64,000 bases of DNA from NCBI RefSeq assembly GCF_009914755.1, contig NC_060931.1. The stretch is one strand, 5' to 3'. Below, in pieces: positions 52,463-64,000 of this stretch. Both the position numbers and the translations under genes were made by a program. This DNA is from the human T2T-CHM13v2.0 reference genome, Homo sapiens. The notes under the pieces were generated by a model. It made no database searches. It was not told where the DNA came from and worked only from the letters and a program-made list of their open reading frames with translations. Each line of letters begins with the position of its first letter. The first letter of the stretch is position 1.

Positions 52463-55400
52463 GGGGAAGAACAGGAAACATAGTATGATCCATTTTTGTC
52501 GTATATACGATATAGATAATATATGTATTGGGAGGAAATATACCAAAATGGTGACAGTAATTATCTTGATGATGGTGGTATGAGGATTTTAATTTATTTT
52601 CCTTTTTGCTTATCTGTATTTCCTACCTTTTCTGCAGTAAATGGGTATTAATGGAGTAATATTTAACAATGAAGTTAAAAAAAGAAAGGTTGAGCCTTAT
52701 CTGCCATTTTGCACAGAAGCAAGCCTGGAGGCCCAGATTCTAAAGGGTAGAGGTTCACAGTTAAATGAGCCAAGCTGCTAGACCCCATATGCCATTGGGA
52801 AAGATATTGGGAGCCAGGAAACCAGGGAACCCAAAGTGTCCGCCCTTCCACCACTGGCCTGTTCCCTGATACCCTCAGTACCAGCTGGGCACCAAGTGTG
52901 GGCACGCTGATGCAACAGGGCCTGGAGGTCAGCATGATGTTGCAAGTGTTTGCTTACAGCAGGGTAGACTTGAGACCGGCTGTGCTCTTGTGCTAAGGGG
53001 CAGGCTAAGGGCCTGGTGAGTGGGAGGGTGTTAGGCAGTGGCTGATGGCCAGGACATCAGGGAAAGAGGCAAGGGGAGAGCCGAGAGACAGCAGAGCATG
53101 CCAGGATCAAATGACCACAACTAGTGTGTGCCCTGTGGCTTCCACATGCCAGGGGATGTGCTAGACCCTTTAGATGGATTGAAACTGGCCGATGAGCTGA
53201 AGGCTGTCATTTTATATGCAGGGAAACTGAAGCCTATGGGAGTTAAGGGATTTACTAGGATGCAACAGCTATGAGTGACTTGGCTAAGATTCACCCATGG
53301 GTCACTCTGACTCCAGGATTGTTAACAGTTTGGTCTTCTTGACTAGATGGGGAGGGCTTCAGGGTCAAGCATATGCTGGGGGACAGGAAATATCCTTTGG
53401 GGCTTCTTCCATGCTGGAGATGTTCAGAGGCTTCAGCTGAAGCTGGTGGAGGTGGACACAGTGGTATCCACAGAGGTCAGTTTTGCCCCAGTGTTTGCCT
53501 CTGTCAACAGATGGAATGGAGCCTGGGGCTGGGTGTCAGGGATAAAGCCTAAGGCCAGCACTGTTGGGGTTGAAGAGCAGAGCATGAGTAAGGGTGCAGG
53601 GAGCAGCCCTGTGCATTGCCTAGGGAGGGGTTAGGAGAATCATCCAAGACTCTGTGCTGAGAGGCAGGATAACACTGGGGTAACACAGAACTGTAGGATC
53701 TCCAGCCTGAGTCTGGAGACTGGCTTTGCCACTCACTGGCTCTAGGGCCTCGGGCAAATTCCTTAATGTTTCTAGGCCTCAGTAAGGGGCAGGCAACAAT
53801 TCTACTACCTCACAGGGCTGTTGAGAGGATTCAATGGGATAATGCAGGTAAGGCTCTTGGCACATACAAGTTGTTCAATAGTTTGTAGCTGTTGTTGCTA
53901 CCAAAGGATATTTTAGCCCTTGGGTCAGAGTTTAAGACATGGGCTGTCCCCAGCTCTTGATTTATGGCAGATCTAATGCCAAACTCCTACCCCAATGCAT
54001 ACTGATTATTTCTGTGTTTTAAGGAGACAGACTAGGTGGCATAGACTCTTTGATGCTAGTCCTACAGTAAATCAATGAAGCTTTTTGTCTGAAAAGAGTT
54101 ACTAGGGAATGATCCTCATGAAGCTGGCAACGTAGGAAACTTCAGGAATTGGTTCCTCTATCTAAACAACCAGCAAGTTAGAAAAGAAAAAAATCCTGTA
54201 AGAGTCAACTCTTTCAGAATTCTGGAACCTGATTGGACACTTACAGCAACCATGGGAGTGCTCGATGAAGGGAGAGGCATGCTGATGGCTCATAAGTGAG
54301 TGGTGTGGGCAAACCAGCTACCATCCTGCATTCTTCAACATTCCTGTGGCCATGTGGACAGTAATTGTGTTCCTAGAGCAGCTGGCTGGAGCAGGAGTGG
54401 GCAGAAAGGACCTTGTCTTCCAGAAATTTGGAGAATCAAATTTCTTTTGTTTATCTGGTGGTTCCCTGAGGGCTCAGAGTAGAGCTTGCCTTTGTTTCTG
54501 CCCCTTCAGGCAGCAGCAGCCTTCCAGGTGGCATCTATCAGAAGATTTTTAAAAAGGTACATACATGCTAGGTTTTTTGTTTCTTGGGTTTTAAAAAAAT
54601 CTATGCATTTAAGGAATGCTCTTCCAGGTCATAGGCTGACTGCAGAGGCACCAGAACAGAAACGTCAGTGACCAGACACAAGAGAGAATACATACTTTGC
54701 AAAAATCGTTTGGAAAAGTCACTATACAAATGGACAACTGCAGCCCTCAACAAACAACAAAACCAATCTCAAAGGAGGGGGAGAATCTGGCTTCAGAATT
54801 ACCACATTTTACTACTCAAAATGTTAAGTTTTCAACAAAGTATTACAAAGCAAATAAAGAGGAAGATATGGCTCTCTAACAGGACAAAAATAATTTAAAA
54901 GAAGCTATCCATAAGGAATTTTAGACATTGGAATTACTAGTCAAAGACATTAAGTCAACTGTCTTAAATATGCTTAATTAACTAAAGAAAACCATGGACA
55001 AAGAACTACAGGAAATTGGGAGAGCAATGTATGAACAGATGGGGAATGACAATAAAAAGAATTTATTAAAGAGGAACCAAATAGAAATTCTGGATCTGAA
55101 AAGTACAATACTGAAATGAAAAAGTCACTGGAGGGGTTAAATGGCCAATTTGAGCAGGCAGAAGAAATAATCATTGAACTTGAAGAAAAGGCGATTGAAG
55201 TTATCCAGTCTGCAGAGCAGAAAAAAAGAAAGAAGAAAAATGAACAGAACCTGAGGGACCAGTAGAATACCATCAGTCATACCAACTAAGTATACGGGAG
55301 CTCCAGAAGAAGAGAGATGGAAAGGGGAAGAAAAAGATATTTGAGAAATGGTGAAATAATTTCCCAGATTTGGTGAAAGACAAACGTACACATCCAAGAA

Positions 55401-55611
55401 GCTCAATGAAATCCAAGTGGGATAAACTCTAAGAAATTCACACTGAAACACATTATAGTCAAATTGTCAAAAGACAAAGACAGAGAGAGAATCTTGGAAG
55501 CAGCAAGAGAGAAATGACACATAGCATACATACCAAGGATTTGCAATAAGTTTAACAGATGATTTCTCATTAGAAACCAAGGAGGCCAAATGGCAGCTGT
55601 AATAATAATTA

Positions 55612-55942
<331 letters not shown>

Positions 55943-56485
55943 ATAATAATTGAAGTGCTGGAAAAAAAACTATTAACTAAGAATCTTATAGCCAGCAAAA
56001 CTATTCTTCAAGAATAAAAAAGAAATTAGACATTTCAGATAAAGAAAACCAAAGGGAATTAATTACCGGCAGGCCTGCCCTATAGGAAATGCTAAAGGGA
56101 AACATTGAGGCTAAAATGAAAAGACACTAAGTAGTAATTCAAAGACATCTGAAGACATAAAAATACACTGTTAAATGTCACTATATAGGTAAATATAACA
56201 GCAAATATTAATGTAGTTTTTCTTTGTGATTCTTGTTTTCCTGTATGATTTAAAAGGCAAATGCAGAAAATAATAATAAGTTTATGTTAGTGAGGATATA
56301 ATGTATAAAAACATAATTTGTGGGAATAACAATATAAAGGAAGAAGGATGGAGATATATAGGAGTAGAGTGTTCATGTACTATTGGAACTATTATTCAAA
56401 CTAGCTTCTTATAAGTGTAAGATGTTAATTGCCATCCTCAAGGCAATCATTAGGAAAATAACTAAAAAATATGAGAAAAGGTAAG

Positions 56486-57052
56486 TGACACAGGATTTTT
56501 TCCTTGGTCACTTTGCAAGCCAGGGACCTTGGTGATGCCCTGCCCAGGCCTCACTTGGCCATGCTACCTGCTATGGGAGATGGCCCACTAACCCGTGCTG
56601 CCCAGACCAAGTCTGGCTTGTGCACTGGTTCCCGAGTTCTTGTACCACACCCAAGAAAAATGAGGATACGCTGACAATCAAAGAGGGAGCAAGGTGAGAG
56701 TTTCATTGAGTGATGAAAACAGCTTTCAGCAGAGAAGGGATACAGAGGTGGTCCCCCTACCTGAAGTTGGCAAAGTGCCCCCAATGTGGCTGATTCCAGG
56801 GCTTTTATGGGCTCAGAATGGGGGAGGGGCAGGCCATAGGTAGTATTGGAAAAGGCAACATTCGATTGGTTAAAAGGGATTATTTAGAGGGCAGGCAAAC
56901 AGGAATGGAAGTTCTCACTCTGGATCATGGGTTTCATCTGGGACCAGCAGTCCGGTCTTTCAGCCTTCAGGCTATTTTTTGGCTTGAAGGTGGGGTTTCA
57001 TGGGGGACAAGCTTCTATCTGCCAGGCATTTGGCTGCCTCCTGCCGCTATCA
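56486..57052. mobile_element. ERV1-class solo LTR (LTR1/MER52-like) inserted in the L1
   Basis: A GC-richer block bounded by TGA...TCA interrupts A-rich L1; 4-bp TSD-like TAAG/AAAG. Confidence 0.6.
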
Positions 57053-57580
57053 AAAGGAGAAAATAATCAAAATGTAACAACACAGACACAAAATCAAGAA
57101 GTAAAAAAAAAATCCAGTAATGGAGGAATTGAGAAACTTAAAAATGTATAAGACACACAGAAAAAAAATAGCTGAGTGGTAGAAGTAAGTCCTTCCTAAT
57201 CAGTAATTATTTTATATATAAATAGATTAAACTCCAGTTAAAAGGCAGATATTGGCAGAGTGAATAAAGAGAACATTATCCACCTATATGCTATCTACAA
57301 GAGGCTCACTTTAGATATAAAGAGAAGAATTTTAAAGTAGAAGGATGGAAGAAGATATACTATGAAAATAACAACCAATATGAGAGTTGTGGTGGCTGTA
57401 TTATCAGCCCAAATAGATTTTAAGTTAAAAAAAAAAAGTCTCAAGAGACAAAGAACATTATATGTTGATAAAAGTTTTCATCCATTAAGAAGATATAAAA
57501 ATTATAAAGAACAGAACACCAAAATACATGAAACAAAATTTTGCAACATTGAAGGGAGAAATAGAGTTCTACAATAGTAG

Positions 57581-57914
<334 letters not shown>

Positions 57915-58814
57915 ACTACTTTGAATAATGGATTAAACAACTAGACAGAAGATCAATAAGGAAAGAGAGGACTAGAACAATACTCTAAACCAATTAGACC
58001 TAACAGACATATACAGAACACTCTGTCCAACAACAGCAGAATGTGCATTTTTCTCAAATGTGCATGGAAATTCTCAAGGATATTTTAGTCACAAAACAAG
58101 TCTTAGTAAATGTAAAAAAATTGAAATCATATAAAGTATCTTTTTGGATCACATGAAATAAAACTAGAAGAGAATAACAGAGGGAAAACTGGAAAACTCA
58201 CAGATATATAAAATTTAATCAAGACACTTTTAAATGACTCTCAATTGCAGGGAGGGGGAGAGAAAGAACTCAGATTATTAAAATCAGGAATGAAAAAATG
58301 AAAGAGTGAACGTTATTACTGACTTTAGAGAAAAAAAGGACTATGAGAGAATACTATGAACAATTTAGTATTGTTTGTTGGCTTACCCAAGTTAGATAAA
58401 ATGGAACTTTAACTTAGGTAAACTTGGATAACTTAGATGAAATAGAAAAATTCCACACATGAGCTACTACAACTAGCTCAAGAAGAAACAGAAAATCTCA
58501 TTAGACTAATAACAAGTAAGGAAATGGAATTAGTACTAAAAAACCTCCCAACAAAGAAAATCCCAGGACCAGATGTCTACACTGGTAATTCTACCAACCA
58601 TTTAAAGAAGAATTAACACCAATTCTCTCAAATTCTTCCAAAAAATAAAAGAGGAAGTAACACTTCCTGATTGATCTCATGAGGCCAGCATTGCCTTGAT
58701 ACTGAAACCAGACAAAGATACTACAAGAAGAAAAACTACAGAGTAATATTTCTTGTGAATATAGATGCAAAATCCTCAACAAAATACCAGCAAATAAAAT
58801 TCTTCAGTATTAAA

Positions 58815-59445
<631 letters not shown>

Positions 59446-59872
59446 TCTTCAGCATATCTTCAGGTTATGGTTATGGATTATACACCATAACCAAGTGAAA
59501 TTTATCCCAGGAACACAAGAATAGTTCAACATGCAAAAATTAATGTAATGTACTACAATAATGGAATAAAACAAAGAAACTACATGGTCATATTGATTGA
59601 TGCAGAAAAAGCATCTGACAAAACTCAACACCCTGTCATCATTGAAACAAGAAGAAAATTTCCTCAACATGATAAATGTCATATATGAAAACCCCATAGC
59701 TAACGTCATATTTAATGGCAAAAGACTTAAACTTTCTTCCTAAGAGAGGAGCAAGACAAGAATACCCACTTTTGCCACTTCTTTTCAACATAGTAGTGGA
59801 GCAATTAGGGAAGACATTTCTAACCAAAGCAATTAGGGAAGAAAAATAAATAAAAGGTATCCATACTGGAAA

Positions 59873-60520
<648 letters not shown>

Positions 60521-61853
60521 AAGAAGGAAATAGAACTATCTTTATTTCAGATGACATGATCTTATGTAGATAACCATAAATAATCTCCCAAAATATTTGA
60601 GCTAATATCTGAGATCAAATTGAGCTAATAAGCTAATTCAGCAAAGTTGCAGCACACAAATATCAACACACAAAAATCAGGGTTTTTTTATACCTTAGCA
60701 ACAAATAACCCAAACAGGAAATTAAGAAACAATTACGTGAAATTAGGGAACACTTCACACCGTCATTTAGGAATCCAGGCTTCTACTTTATGGCTCCACC
60801 CACTCCCTAAAGCCTCATCATTATCTGCAGCTAGCCTACGGAAAGGTGAGAAAGAACATGAAGAAGCCACCCTCTTCTTAGGAGCCTACACCTGGAAATG
60901 GAAATGGTATATGTTGCTCCACTGAAATTGCATGGAGACATCTCACTGCGAGGGAGGCTGAGAACTACAGAACAGCTGGCCAGCTGTTGCTGGCATTGTC
61001 CTCACTGTGGACAAAGAGGACATGGGTTTGGGTCTAGAGCTAGCAACCTCTGCTATGTTCCCTGGATTCCTAAATGACTGTGTGGAGGAGAACCTCCCAG
61101 CTGATGAAGAACTGCACTTGACTATTATATGGGCAAGAAATACAATTCTACTATGTAACTGTATTTCACGTTTTGCTGTATTGGTTACTGCAGTGAAGTG
61201 TTCCCTAGTAACTACTCAGAATGATGGTATCAATGACCAAAAATATGTTGGAAGGGGATACCGGATCACTCATTATTCAATGTTTCTTGAGAACCTAATT
61301 TGTGCTCAGTCTGAAGTTAGAAAAGTGATTAGTTTTTAGTTTCCAAGGAGCTTACCATCTAGCAGAAGAGACAAATGAACAGCTCAATACAACCAGATAC
61401 CAGCAAAGCTATGTCTTTGGGGACATAAGGAGACTGATAGGTTTCGTTTTGTTTTGTTTTCTGAAGGCAAAAGAGCAGGATTTCTTTGATGCACTAGGGG
61501 GAACTGGCCAAGAAGGGAAGGATATTCCAGATAGAGAAACCAGCAGGACAGTGTCAGGGGTGTTTAGAGAAACACAAATATTTGAGTGGCTCATACTTAA
61601 GGCACACCAAGGGAACACCTAGCAAATGAGGCGAGGCAGACGAGAAATAAACAACAGAGGGGAAACCAAAATATTCTGTCTGCTCAGAAAGAGAAAAGTG
61701 CTGCTGTAAATGGCATTTGGGCCAAAGGGGAAATCTGCATTGCATTACAGACCATTTATAAATGAATAACCATGAATGTACAAAATATTAAAAGTATGGC
61801 TAATAGCCAAAGCTGTCTCAGAGGAACATTTATGCCCATGAAGGCACTTACTA

Positions 61854-62190
<337 letters not shown>

Positions 62191-62405
62191 ATGGGCAATC
62201 AATGAGCAAGATTTGGTAATCTGATCAAATATAACAGAGAAGACACTAATAAACAACTATAGGAAATGGATGATTTTCAAAATATAATATAAATTATCAA
62301 AATGACTCAGGAGGACAGAAAAACCTGCACAGATGGATAACAATAGAAGAAAAGTTAACAGATGTGGAAAAACCTTCCTCTAACAAGAGTGTCAAGTCCA
62401 GCTAG

Positions 62406-62710
<305 letters not shown>

Positions 62711-63314
62711 AACAGCTAGTTTTTAAAAAACAAATATGGATACAGAAATGTCCAATGCAAGGCCCCAGCCAAGGAAGAGGCAGAGTCATCACTTATTGAA
62801 TGAGGCGGTGACAGGCAAGACCTGTGGGCTGTTAGGGAATGTATGCGAGGGACACAGAGCTGGGACACTGAGTCCTGCATTCATGTTTATGACAACACAG
62901 AAACAATGGGTTGGAAGAATAACATCATAATAGCTCATGTATACTTTGTGCCAGGTGCTGTCCTAAGCTCTTCTATGGATTAATTTATTGGATCCTCACA
63001 ACAGAGCTATGGAGAGATAAAGTAAGTTTCCCTTGTGACTCTTGCTAATACAAGGTCCAAACCCTGGCACTCTGTCTTCAGGGCCCACCCTGTGTCACTG
63101 AGCCATCCTGCCTCTGGCTAGCTGGAGGGAGGGAGAGACAGGCTGAGATGTCATTGCAGGAGCCACAGTGATGGGTGAGGGGTACTGCTGGGCAGTAGGT
63201 AGTGGGAGGAGAGGGCTGCAGACCCAGCTCACAGACACAAAAAGGGATGCATGCCCAGGGTGCTTGTTAGGACCAGGGTAGAACCAGTCTCACCTCTTAG
63301 CAGACACACACATG

Positions 63315-64000
63315 AATAAACATCCAGAACATATAAAGAATTCTTCCAACTCAATAAGACGGTGACAACAACCCAATTTTTAAAAACTCACCAAAAATGC
63401 CCACTAAGCATACAGAAATATCTGCAACATTATTATTAGTCAATCATAGAAATGCAAATTACAACCACACTGACATATCACTACACAGTCACCAGAGTGG
63501 CTAATATTTAAAAGATGGGTGAAACCAAGTGTCGGGAGGAGGATGTGGAGCAATTGGAATTCTCAAACACTGCTGATGGAAATGCAACATGGTACAGGCC
63601 ACATTGGAAAACAGTTTGACAGTTTTTCTAAGTTTAAACGTACGCTTAACCACACGATACTACTCCTAGGTATTTATCCCGCCAATTGAAAACCCCTGTC
63701 TACACAAAGACTTGTACTTGAACATTCACAGCAGCTTCACTCATCATAGCCAAAGCCTGGAAACAATCCAAATGCCCATTAGCTGGTGAATGAATAAATG
63801 GATGAACACACCGTAGCACAGCCATACAGTGGAATACTCACTGCTCAGCAATGGCAAGGGAGGGAGGATTGACACACTGCTGAGCTAGGCATTATGTTAA
63901 GTGAAAGAAGCCAGACACAGAAGACTATATTCTCAGTGGTCTCATGTATAGAACATTCTAGAAAAGGCAAAACCAAGGGGACAGAAAACAGATGAATGAT
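63315..64000 (+). mobile_element. Old L1 3' region (ORF2 C-terminus/3'UTR)
   Basis: GAAATGCAAATTACAACCACA...GGATGTGGAGCAATTGGAA...CTCCTAGGTATTTATCC...GTGAAAGAAGCCAGACACA. Confidence 0.8.

Overview
This is human (or very close primate) genomic DNA, recognisable as the 7p13 cluster AEBP1 (+, exons 10-21) / POLD2 (-, complete) / MYL7 (-, complete) / GCK (-, liver exon 1b, cassette exon 1c and exons 2-10; the pancreatic first exon is outside the window). I placed exon boundaries by hand from GT-AG sites. The spliced lengths close in frame: POLD2 469 aa, MYL7 175 aa, GCK liver isoform 466 aa, AEBP1 C-terminal 774 aa. The window also holds the mirtron MIR4649, a 5S rRNA pseudogene fragment, two CpG islands, and many Alu, L1, LTR, MIR and DNA-transposon remnants. 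I see no wholly new gene system; this is a well-studied locus. The most interesting sequence-level observations are regulatory: (1) a 40-bp tandem duplication in POLD2 exon 1 that places in-frame and out-of-frame upstream AUGs, so TSS choice could switch translation; (2) a stop-1nt-start uORF arrangement in GCK exon 1c; (3) an in-frame ATG in the GCK intron-8 CpG island; (4) a small orphan retro-insertion with TSDs inside an MLT1 LTR; (5) a dispersed 54-bp duplication downstream of MYL7. Repeat subfamily names and database identities are from memory and were not searched.
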